Below are positions 40,876 through 49,499 of a stretch of 51,617 bases of DNA, piece after piece. Source of the DNA: Chloroflexota bacterium (GTDB lineage: Bacteria > Chloroflexota > Dehalococcoidia > Lucifugimonadales > UBA3495). Within the stretch, counting starts at the first letter, position 1. Each line of letters opens with the position of its first letter. The notes below the pieces were generated by a model. The model was not told the DNA's origin and made no database searches. It saw only the letters and a program-made list of their open reading frames with translations. The translations under genes were made by a program, and so were the position numbers. Where the stretch lies: NCBI GenBank assembly GCA_027623675.1, contig JAQBVF010000026.1, forward strand, positions 1 to 51,617. Direction: 5' to 3'.

Positions 40876-42201
40876 TTGTACAACAGGATCAGGAATCTTT
40901 CATTATTCACGCGGTCCCACCGGGTATTGGTCGGGGCATTAATGCTGATGGCCCTGGTGGCATTGGCGGCTTGCGGGAGTGACGACCCCACCGCCGCTCC
41001 GGCCCAGCCCACCGCGACCCAGGCCAGCGCCAATCCTGGGGCGCCCGCGGCCACCGGCGTCACGGCAACCAACCCCACGATTGATGACCTGGCCGGAGGC
41101 TCTCCCGAGGTTTTCTTAAAGGGATTCAAGGACGCCGTGGCCGGTAGCGAATTCCGATCCACCTCTGAATTCGCCGCCGCTGCCAAGCCTTTGGCCGCCG
41201 GTGAAAAACTGAAGGTTGGATTCATCTTTGTCGGCTCCCAGAAGGACCTGGGCTACAACCAAGCAGCCGCGGAGGGCAGCCAATATCTCGAGCGGGCTTT
41301 CGACGACATCGAAGTCCTGCGATCGGAGAACATACCTGAAACTGCCGACGTGCAGGCGGTTGAAGAACAGATGATCCGCGACGGCGCCAAGATCATCTTC
41401 GCCACCAGCTACGGATACTCCGGCCCCACCAAAGCGATCATCAACAAGTATCCGGACGTCATGTTCCTGCATATGGGCGATGTTGAGAGCTTCGAGAATT
41501 ACTCGTCGTTCTTTGGTAATATCTGGCAATTGGAGTACGCTGCGGGACAGGTTGCCGGCAGCACATCCAAGACCGGAAAGCTGGGGTTCATAGCGGCGTT
41601 CCCCATCCCGCAGACTTTGCTGAACGTGAACGCGTTCCACTTGGGAGCGCAGTCGGTTAACCCAGATGTCGAGACCACTTTCGTCTTGACCAGCAGTTGG
41701 TGCGACCCCGCGAAACAGGCAACCGCGGTACAAGCGATGGTTGATGCCGGCGTGGACGTGCTGACCCAGCACCAGGACTGCACCAAGACCATCGTTGAAG
41801 CCGCGGAACGGGCCGGGATCTACGTTTCCGGTTACCACCAAGACGCCAGCCCGGCCGCTCCCAACGCCTGGTTGACCGGCGCCGCTTGGAACTGGGGCCC
41901 GGTCTACACTGAGATCGTTGGGGAGATCAGGCAGGGCACCTTCAAGAGCTCGGTAATGTTCCAGGGTCTGGACGCCGGCTGGGTGCGTTTGTCGCCCTTC
42001 GGCGATTTCCTTCCCGACGATGTAAAGCAGCAAGCTTTGGATACGGTAGAGGCGTTGAGGACCGGGAATTTCCAGCCTTTCACCGGGCCGATCCTAGATC
42101 AAGACGGCGTGGTCCAGATCGCCGCTGGAGTGGTCCCAACCGATGCTGATCTGCAGAGCACCGGTTACCTGCTGCAAGGCATAACCGGCAGGACTAACTA
42201 G
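40876..42201 (+). CDS. BMP family ABC substrate-binding lipoprotein
   Basis: AGGAGG RBS plus TTG; lipobox LAAC; KVGFIFVG...DLGYNQ, IFATSYGY, NAF.LGA. Confidence 0.9.
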   Translation: MYNRIRNLSLFTRSHRVLVGALMLMALVALAACGSDDPTAAPAQPTATQASANPGAPAATGVTATNPTIDDLAGGSPEVFLKGFKDAVAGSEFRSTSEFAAAAKPLAAGEKLKVGFIFVGSQKDLGYNQAAAEGSQYLERAFDDIEVLRSENIPETADVQAVEEQMIRDGAKIIFATSYGYSGPTKAIINKYPDVMFLHMGDVESFENYSSFFGNIWQLEYAAGQVAGSTSKTGKLGFIAAFPIPQTLLNVNAFHLGAQSVNPDVETTFVLTSSWCDPAKQATAVQAMVDAGVDVLTQHQDCTKTIVEAAERAGIYVSGYHQDASPAAPNAWLTGAAWNWGPVYTEIVGEIRQGTFKSSVMFQGLDAGWVRLSPFGDFLPDDVKQQALDTVEALRTGNFQPFTGPILDQDGVVQIAAGVVPTDADLQSTGYLLQGITGRTN

Positions 42202-42288
42202 CCCTTCTGGCATAATCACGACTTGGCAGGCGATCTTTGGGACAAGCCCGGTAGCGCCGGGCTTGTCTTACTCTTTGAGGAGTTCATA

Positions 42289-42975
42289 ATGGCCAACACA
42301 GTCTCCGCCGACCCCTATGAATGGCCCTACGACGGCGAGATAGATCCGAGGCGTACAGCTCTGCTCCTCATCGATTGGCAGCATGATTTTTGCGGTCCGG
42401 GCGGCTACGTAGACACCATGGGCTACGACATCTCGTTGACCAGACGGGGAGTGGAGCCGACACGTAACGTTCTCGAATCTTGCCGCCGGATCCCTGGGTT
42501 CACCATCGTGCACACCCGCGAGGGGCACAAGCCTGACCTTTCAGACTGCCCACCCAACAAGCTCTGGCGGTCCCGCCGGATGGGCGCCGGAATCGGCGAC
42601 GCGGGACCCTGCGGCCGCATCCTCGTCCGGGGTGAGCCCGGATGGGAGATCATTGACGAGCTGGCGCCCCTCGAGGGGGAGCCGGTGATCGACAAACCAA
42701 CCAAGGGCGCCTTCACCGCCACGGACCTGGACTTGGTTCTAAAGAACCGCGGGGTCACCCACCTGGTGTTCACTGGCATCACCACCGACGTATGCGTGCA
42801 TACGACCATGCGCGAAGCCAACGACCGTGGCTACGAATGCCTGTTGCTGGAAGACTGCACCGGAGCGACGGAAGAAGGAAACTATCTGGCCGCCCTGAAC
42901 ATGATTAAGATGCAGGGCGGAGTGTTCGGCGCGGTGTCAAATTCCAACGATTTCATAAACGCGATCAGCCCATGA
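42289..42975 (+). CDS. biuH: biuret hydrolase (isochorismatase-like cysteine hydrolase)
   Basis: Closely matches BiuH as recalled: ADPY.WPY, ID.Q.DFCG.GGYVD.MGYD, HTREGH, DKP.KG.F, GITTDVCV, KMQGGVFG (D-K-C triad plus F/K/Q biuret-binding residues). Confidence 0.85.
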   Translation: MANTVSADPYEWPYDGEIDPRRTALLLIDWQHDFCGPGGYVDTMGYDISLTRRGVEPTRNVLESCRRIPGFTIVHTREGHKPDLSDCPPNKLWRSRRMGAGIGDAGPCGRILVRGEPGWEIIDELAPLEGEPVIDKPTKGAFTATDLDLVLKNRGVTHLVFTGITTDVCVHTTMREANDRGYECLLLEDCTGATEEGNYLAALNMIKMQGGVFGAVSNSNDFINAISP

Positions 42976-42991
42976 TTCAGGGTGGAGGCCC

Positions 42992-44500
42992 ATGGATACC
43001 CGAACCAGCTTTCGAAACGCAGTCCAAGACGCCCGATCGTTCAATACCGACAAGGTAGACCGGCGGCCTGGATTCATCTCCAGTGTTGCCCGAATGGGCA
43101 AGACACAGAAACGCGACGTCCGCGCCCTGCCTCCGATGACCGCTCAGGCCCGGCGAGGGCCGGTAGCGGTTGCGGCGGGCCTCATGGCAGAGGGCGGCAC
43201 CTCCGCCGTTGAGCAAGTGAAACGCGCTCTAGAGGTAATCAACCGGCTGCAGCCGAAACTGAATGCCTTCGCTCACATCGCTCCCGAGTCCGAATCGATG
43301 GCGATAGCCGAGGCTTTGGACCTGGAACGGGCCGGCGGCAAGATCAGAGGTCCGCTCCACGGCCTGCCGATCTCGGTAAAAGACGTGATTCACGTTAAGG
43401 GCATGCCCACCAGCTCCGGTTCCAAGGTGATGGAAGGCTTCATGCCCGACGATGACGCCACCGCGGTGCGGCTGCTGCGGGAAGCCGGCGCGATCATCAT
43501 GGGCAAGGCCCATACCCACGAATTCGCCCTTGGGGTGACCACCCCGCAGAGCAGGAACCCTTGGGATACCAGCCGCGATCCGGGCGGGTCGAGCGGCGGG
43601 TCGGCGATCACGGTGTCCACCGGCATGAGCCTGTTGAGTGTTGGCACCGATACCAGGGCGTCGATCAGGGTCCCAGCCTCTTTGTGCGGCACCCTTGGCT
43701 ACAAACCCACCTACGGGCTAGTCTCCACCGACGGCATCGTCACCCTTTCTTGGAGCATGGACCACACCGGCCTGATGGGACGCACCAGTGAAGACGTGGC
43801 GATCATGATGAACATAATCCAAGGGGTCGACCCCAAGGACTCGGGGACCCTAGATCTTCCCGCCGATGACTACACCGGATACCTTTTCAAGGACGTAACC
43901 GGACTCAGAGTTGGGCTGTCCGTCGAGGCCCTTGAAGGCGCAGATCCGGAGACATTGCGGACGTTCAATGCAGCAGTGGAGATATTCAAGTCGCTGGGCG
44001 TTGAGATTGTCGAGACCAAACTGCCTTCCGCAGACGACTTTCGGCTGGCCAACAACTTGGGGCTGATCATCAGCAGGACCGAGGCAGCGGCGTATCAGCG
44101 GGCCTTCCCCGATGCCGGCCCCAAGTACATCAAACAGGTGTTTGAACAATTGGACGAGGCGTCGAAAGTCACGGCGGTCGACTACATCACCGCCCAGCGG
44201 TTCCGGTCGGAATTTCAAGAACGCATGCTGGCCGAGCTGGAGGGGTTCGACGCATTCATCATGCCAACCACTCTGGTGCCGGCGGTCAAGGCCGAAGACA
44301 CCGAGCAGTACCTGACCATCCTTTCCAGGAATTGCATCCCTTGGAGCATGATCGGTTTCCCCACTTTGTCGGTGCCCGCCGGCCTGACAACGGGCGGTCT
44401 CCCGGTGGGCGCTCAATTGGTGGCCGCTCCGTTCGACGACGGCATCATATTGGCCCTGGCTTCGGCGTTGGAATCCGCCACGGAAGACCTGAGACCCTAA
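42992..44500 (+). CDS. amidase signature family enzyme
   Basis: GPLHG.P.SVKD, GK..THEFA, PGGSSGGS, GTDTRASIR.PA. Confidence 0.9.
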   Translation: MDTRTSFRNAVQDARSFNTDKVDRRPGFISSVARMGKTQKRDVRALPPMTAQARRGPVAVAAGLMAEGGTSAVEQVKRALEVINRLQPKLNAFAHIAPESESMAIAEALDLERAGGKIRGPLHGLPISVKDVIHVKGMPTSSGSKVMEGFMPDDDATAVRLLREAGAIIMGKAHTHEFALGVTTPQSRNPWDTSRDPGGSSGGSAITVSTGMSLLSVGTDTRASIRVPASLCGTLGYKPTYGLVSTDGIVTLSWSMDHTGLMGRTSEDVAIMMNIIQGVDPKDSGTLDLPADDYTGYLFKDVTGLRVGLSVEALEGADPETLRTFNAAVEIFKSLGVEIVETKLPSADDFRLANNLGLIISRTEAAAYQRAFPDAGPKYIKQVFEQLDEASKVTAVDYITAQRFRSEFQERMLAELEGFDAFIMPTTLVPAVKAEDTEQYLTILSRNCIPWSMIGFPTLSVPAGLTTGGLPVGAQLVAAPFDDGIILALASALESATEDLRP

Positions 44501-44510
44501 AGTGGGCACC

Positions 44511-45497
44511 ATGCCGTTTTCGGGACCGTTGGTTGATAGGACATCAAAGTCCGTGGCTCCGCGCCCCACGGTGAAGCTTATCGGCACCAAGGCGTACCGT
44601 TACCTGAGTGCGCCGGGGTTCTCTGGCGAGGTGATCTCCGCTGGAACCAGAGCGGTGTATATCGCCACCAGTAACGGGGACATCCTGGCTGCCTGCCGGC
44701 CGGACCAGCAACCTCACCCCAGGTCGTTCCTAACCGACCTTGACCTCTCCGGATTCCGCGCCGGTCTGCACATGTGGGTGGAGGGAGCCGAACTCAGGTG
44801 CGGCAACGGTGTCTGCTTCGACCTCACAGATGCACAGGTATGGAGCAGGCGGACGCCAGATTACTCTGCCGCCGTTACCATCCAGCAGTTGGGCCTGCGC
44901 TGCGAGGAATCGCTTCGGGCGGCAATCAAACTTTACCAAGGCGATAATCTTGGGCTAGCTCTCCCTTTCCTCGACACAGGGGCCAATGCCGATAGCTCGG
45001 CTCTTCTGCCGGATATCCCATCACCGTTGATCGCCGCCGGGGTTGAGCAGATCGAAAGAATGCTGCCCTTCTGCAGGTCCGGAAACCTCGGGGCCGTGCT
45101 GGAAATGGCCGACCGGATGATCGGGCTTGGCCCGGGACTAACCCCATCGGGCGACGATTTTGTGGGCGGCCTGGTGTTCATGGCCCTGCATCTGACTTCG
45201 GCCTATCCGGTGGAGCAGTGGTGGGAAGGCGGCGACATTCCGGCGCTGCTGCAACGCTCGGAGGGCATGACTTCGCAGATAAGCCGTGCCCTGCTCACCG
45301 ACCTGTCCGAAGGCCAAAGCCACGCTTCGCTCCACGACCTGGCTGATAGCCTGCTGTCCGACGCGGAGGGTTTCGACGCTGAAACCCATGTGAGCCGTGT
45401 CAGCAAGATTGGCCATAGCTCGGGTTGGGATATGTTGACCGGGATGCTAGCCGGACTGCTGCCCGTGATGCACCGGTCTCGGGCTTCTAGGAGTTGA
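44511..45497 (+). CDS. DUF2877 / AllH (YlbF)-like oxamate carbamoyltransferase subunit
   Basis: IGLGPGLTPSGDDF..G and IGHSSG.D.L.G motifs. Confidence 0.85.
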   Translation: MPFSGPLVDRTSKSVAPRPTVKLIGTKAYRYLSAPGFSGEVISAGTRAVYIATSNGDILAACRPDQQPHPRSFLTDLDLSGFRAGLHMWVEGAELRCGNGVCFDLTDAQVWSRRTPDYSAAVTIQQLGLRCEESLRAAIKLYQGDNLGLALPFLDTGANADSSALLPDIPSPLIAAGVEQIERMLPFCRSGNLGAVLEMADRMIGLGPGLTPSGDDFVGGLVFMALHLTSAYPVEQWWEGGDIPALLQRSEGMTSQISRALLTDLSEGQSHASLHDLADSLLSDAEGFDAETHVSRVSKIGHSSGWDMLTGMLAGLLPVMHRSRASRS

Positions 45498-46759
45498 ACA
45501 CCATCAACGTCAAGGACATCAAGGAAAAGATAGCGGCGGCCAACAGAGAAGCATTCGACCGAATAGTTTCCGCCGACCCGGTCCTGGTGGACATTCTGCC
45601 GGCGGGTGACGTTATCCCGGGCTTGGAAGACCGAATGGTCCTGCACTCGGGCCCGCCCGTTGACTGGCAGCATATGTGCGGGGCGCAAAAGGGCGCGGTC
45701 ATCGCGATGACCATCTTTGAGGGTTGGGCCAGCGACATTCCGAGCTCCGAAGAACTGCTCAGCAGCGGCGGCATCCGCTTCGACCCGAACCACCACCATG
45801 ACGCGGTAGGGCCCATGGCCGGTACAATCTCCAGGTCCCTGCCGGTCTACGTGGTGGAGAACCGCGCCCGGGGGAACCGGGCGTATTGCCGGTTGGTCGA
45901 GGACGAGCAGCAATTCGGGAACCACAGCGCCAAGTCCATCGACGGACTCCGGATGTGGCGCGACGTTTGGGCGCCGTCCTTGGGCCGGGGCGTTAGGCAC
46001 ATGGGCGGGTTGAGCCTAAAACCGATCATCGCCAAGGCCCTGCAGATGGGCGACGAACTTCACAACCGGCCCAACGCCGCCAGTTCCATGTTCGCTGGGG
46101 CCATGGCGGTCCCGATGATCGAGGCGGGAGTGCCCACTTCGGACCTGACCAGCACCCTCACCTATATATCCGGACACGAATTGCTCTTCCTGGGACTGGC
46201 CATGGCCTCCGCCAAGTCGGCGACCGACGCCGCCCGGGGTATCGAATTCTCCACCGTGGTGACTGCGATGGCGCGCAACGGCTACGAATTTGGCATCAAC
46301 GTGAGCGGACTGGACGGCGAGTGGTTCACCGCGCCCGCTCCGGCCATCGACGGATTGTATCTGCCGGGATACGGCGAGGGGGACGGCGGGTTCGATATGG
46401 GCGACTCGGCGATCACCGAGACGGTCGGCTGGGGCGGGTTCGCACTCGGCGGAGCGCCTAGCATCCTGTCTCTGGTCGGCGGCACCCCCGAAGAAGCCTT
46501 GAATTACAGCCGGGAGATGCGCGAGATCACGACCGGGCTCAGTCCTGATTTCGCCATTCCAGCCCTTGATTTTGAGGGCACCGCGGTTGGCATCGACATC
46601 CGCAAGGTGGCGCTAACGGGGATCTTGCCCATCATCGACACCGCGATCGCCCATAAGGAACCCGGCCACTCCATAATCGGGGCGGGCTTGGTCCGCCCTC
46701 CCATGGCCTGTTTCCACGGCGCACTCAGGGGATTCGCGGCCAAATACGGGTTGGGGTAG
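45494..46759 (+). CDS. DUF1116 / AllG (YlbE)-like oxamate carbamoyltransferase subunit
   Basis: LHSGPP, VGPMAG, ALQMGDELHNR, MARNG, DMGDSAITET.G.GG, GIDIRKV, P.IDT.IAHK. Confidence 0.9.
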   Translation: MNTINVKDIKEKIAAANREAFDRIVSADPVLVDILPAGDVIPGLEDRMVLHSGPPVDWQHMCGAQKGAVIAMTIFEGWASDIPSSEELLSSGGIRFDPNHHHDAVGPMAGTISRSLPVYVVENRARGNRAYCRLVEDEQQFGNHSAKSIDGLRMWRDVWAPSLGRGVRHMGGLSLKPIIAKALQMGDELHNRPNAASSMFAGAMAVPMIEAGVPTSDLTSTLTYISGHELLFLGLAMASAKSATDAARGIEFSTVVTAMARNGYEFGINVSGLDGEWFTAPAPAIDGLYLPGYGEGDGGFDMGDSAITETVGWGGFALGGAPSILSLVGGTPEEALNYSREMREITTGLSPDFAIPALDFEGTAVGIDIRKVALTGILPIIDTAIAHKEPGHSIIGAGLVRPPMACFHGALRGFAAKYGLG

Positions 46760-46770
46760 GTGGGCTGGCT

Positions 46771-48309
46771 ATGATTACAGAATCGGCGTTGTTGAAAAAC
46801 CGGTATTTCGACTCTGTGTTCTTGATGCGGGTGGCCAAGCGCCTCACCGAGCAGCCGGGAATAAATCAGGCGGCGTTGGTCATGGGGACGCCCAAGAACA
46901 TCCAGGTCTTGGCGGAAGCCGGATACCACAGGATCGATGGGCTGAATGCCTCCAGCAATGACCTGGTGATTTCACTGAGGGCAGACTCGGCCGAAACGGC
47001 CCGTCTGCTGATCGAAAACCTGGACGAATATCTGGCCAGGGACACTGGCAGGCCGGCCCCGCGGACCGTCCGCTCCACCGAACAGGCCTTGACCCAACAG
47101 CCAACGTCTAATATCGCGTTGGTTTCGGTGCCGGGGGAGTTCGCCGCCAGAGAAGCCAGGCAGGCGCTCCAGAGCGGACTAAACGTGTTTCTCTTCAGCG
47201 ACCACGTTTCCGTGGCCGACGAGCTATCGCTGAAGCGGTTGGCGTTGGAGAAGGGACTGCTGCTGATGGGCCCCGACTGCGGCACCAGCATCATCGGCGG
47301 AGTGGGCTTGGGCTTCGCCAATGCCGTCCGGCGAGGCGGAATCGGCGTTATCGGCGCCTCGGGCACTGGCACGCAAGAAGTCACATCGTTGGTCCACCGT
47401 TGGGGTTCTGGCATATCTCATGCCATCGGCGTCGGCGGCAGAGACCTGTCCGACGATATCGGAGCGATTTCGACACTACAGGCGTTGGACGCCCTGGAAA
47501 AAGACCCCGGCACCGACGTGATACTCCTAGTTTCCAAACCGCCTGGAACAGCGACGATCGCGCGAGTGAACGAACGAGTCGCGGCCTGCTCCAAGCCGGT
47601 GGTCACCTGTTATCTCGGCGGCCAGCAAGCGCTGTCGCTGCCTGCCGGGAACGTCACCACCACGCACAATCTTGACGACGCGGCCACGGCGGCCATCCGA
47701 TTGGGCGGAGGCATCCGGGTGGATGAAGCGCACTCGGTCACGCCGGAAACGCTAGAGCGCGAGTCCGGAAGACTTCGGGCCAGCCAGAGGTACGTGCGCG
47801 GCGTGTTCTCGGGCGGGACGCTATGCTACCAGGCCCAGCAGGCGCTCCGTGACGCCGGGCTCATGGTCCATTCCAATGAGCCATTGGAGAAGAGCCTGGC
47901 GCTGGCCGACTCTGCCTTGAGCGTGGAACACACTCTGGTGGACATGGGCGCCGACGAGTTCACGGAAGCAAAGCCCCATCCGATGGTCGACTCGACGCAG
48001 CGTATCCAACGGATATTGTCTGAGGCCGGTGACCCACAGGTAGCCGTGCTCCTATTGGATTGCGTCCTGGGCTATGTAGCCGCTGAAGATCCTGGTGGAG
48101 ACATCGCTCCGGCAATATCGGAGGCAAGACGGATAGCGAACCTGAGGAGCGACCATCTGTGCGTCGTCGCGTCCGTCTGCGGTACCGAACTCGATCACCA
48201 AGGACTGGCAGCCCAGGTCCGTTCACTGGAAGAAGCCGGCGCCATCGTGTTTACTTCGGCTTTCCAGGCGGCTCGGTTCGCCGCGCGGCTGGTTACGGAG
48301 AGGGGTTAA
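46771..48309 (+). CDS. fdrA: FdrA / AllF acyl-CoA synthetase-like protein
   Basis: YFDSV.LM, SVPG.FAA, FSD, MGPDCGT, ASGTG.QE, SKPP, GGTL, KPHPM.D. Confidence 0.92.
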   Translation: MITESALLKNRYFDSVFLMRVAKRLTEQPGINQAALVMGTPKNIQVLAEAGYHRIDGLNASSNDLVISLRADSAETARLLIENLDEYLARDTGRPAPRTVRSTEQALTQQPTSNIALVSVPGEFAAREARQALQSGLNVFLFSDHVSVADELSLKRLALEKGLLLMGPDCGTSIIGGVGLGFANAVRRGGIGVIGASGTGTQEVTSLVHRWGSGISHAIGVGGRDLSDDIGAISTLQALDALEKDPGTDVILLVSKPPGTATIARVNERVAACSKPVVTCYLGGQQALSLPAGNVTTTHNLDDAATAAIRLGGGIRVDEAHSVTPETLERESGRLRASQRYVRGVFSGGTLCYQAQQALRDAGLMVHSNEPLEKSLALADSALSVEHTLVDMGADEFTEAKPHPMVDSTQRIQRILSEAGDPQVAVLLLDCVLGYVAAEDPGGDIAPAISEARRIANLRSDHLCVVASVCGTELDHQGLAAQVRSLEEAGAIVFTSAFQAARFAARLVTERG

Positions 48310-48492
48310 ATGATGGAGCTAGAAACCGCGATCGACCGCCTATTGTCCGGCGGCGTTGCCGCGATCAATATCGGGGTTGAGGATTTTGCGGAGAACCTGG
48401 AGGTTCAGAGCGCGCCAGTGGTGCACGTGACGTGGACACCCCCCGCCGGCGGAGACCCTGAGATCATCGCGATCCTAGATCAGATCTTGTGA
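48310..48492 (+). CDS. small FdrA-associated domain protein
   Basis: INIGV..F...L..Q...VVHV.W.PPAGGD motif; abuts the fdrA stop. Confidence 0.8.
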   Translation: MMELETAIDRLLSGGVAAINIGVEDFAENLEVQSAPVVHVTWTPPAGGDPEIIAILDQIL

Positions 48493-48524
48493 TGGAATCC
48501 CTCAAAGCAGATTAGAGAGGGAGA

Positions 48525-48570
48525 TGGTGCCCCAGGTGGGATTCGAACCCACGACCCGCTGCTTAGAAGG
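48525..48570 (-). repeat. tRNA-Arg(TCT) 3' fragment, putative att site
   Basis: Minus strand CCTTCTAAGCAGCGGGTCGTGGGTTCGAATCCCACCTGGGGCACCA: anticodon loop, T arm, acceptor 3' strand and CCA, but no tRNA 5' half upstream. Confidence 0.88.
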
Positions 48571-48773
48571 TATTTCTGCAAATGCGAACTAGTCAACGGC
48601 TAGTTTCCGCACAACTAGATATCTGCGTGCGTTACGAATTAAATCAATTAGGCGCACATCAAAATCCAGATGATTAACTGATTGGCAGTCTGTTGCCATT
48701 TTAACTACAGTTTGCAGTGGTCAACACTTAAAACTGACCCTAAGCTCCCAGCGCACTGGGAGTAGCTGGTTCT

Positions 48774-49330
48774 TCAAGCCACCGTCAGTTTCTCGAAGTT
48801 CAGGTATCGGTCGATGAACCGGTCGATCCACGCGGCATCGGTGTTCGACTTAACTGCGGTTGCAACTTCCTCAAGGGTCCATGCGGCGAACGTATCGCTG
48901 TCCGAGAGGCACTCGGAATAATCTGCGACGGCTTCTGAGCAATGGGCATTATCCATCGGGTACAAGAACACGAAGAACCCATCGCCGAAGTGGTCTTGAT
49001 GCCGTGAATCCCGGCCAGCATATGGTCCCGCCATATCTGTTGGAGCGGTTGCCTCCTTAGGTCCAGAAGCCCCTCAGGCTTAAAGCAGCCCATTACCTGG
49101 GCAACCTCGTCGTATCTAGAACGGTGCCGAGCGGCTTTCCCAGCAAGGCTTTCGTGGTACTTGGCCTCGATACCGATGAATCCCTTTCTTCCCTGTTTGG
49201 TCTCATAGGTCACATATACGTCGAAGGCCGAGTTGTCACCCGTGTAGCGCGCATCCCCACGACCGGGTGAGTACTCGAAATCTATCGATGTAACGGCGTG
49301 CACCCGGCCAGATGAGATAGCCCTGAAGGT
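48774..49330 (-). pseudogene. PD-(D/E)XK nuclease (PGN_0703-like putative restriction endonuclease), 5'-truncated and frameshifted
   Basis: FEYSPGRG...TGD.SAFDV...IGIE.KYHE and Q.WRDH.LA in one frame; FVFLYP..N..C..A...Y continues in another frame after about 49000. Confidence 0.7.
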
Positions 49331-49499
49331 TAATTATCCGCCCGGCCTGCCCTCTCGCCCAGCAAGCATTGAGCACGGTGCCGCCGGAGTGACCTTTCTC
49401 CATAAGGGGCAGTTCTAACCCTAATGGCCGATTTGGATTAGCCTTGGGCGCCGCCCGGGATGACCGGCATGGGGGCCACGCAAGGAAAAGCTATGAGTG

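Noticed and set aside
42241..42267. Terminator splitting the ABC genes from biuH
   Set aside because: A strong hairpin but without a clear U tract; more likely an mRNA-stabilising stem after the binding-protein gene.
35587..42975. Rut pyrimidine pathway (RutA + RutB)
   Set aside because: The LLM lacks the RutA-type N-terminal signature and is followed by a terminator; the cysteine hydrolase matches BiuH better than RutB.
48525..48600. Complete tRNA-Arg gene
   Set aside because: Only the anticodon loop to CCA is present; upstream sequence cannot form the D arm or the acceptor 5' strand.
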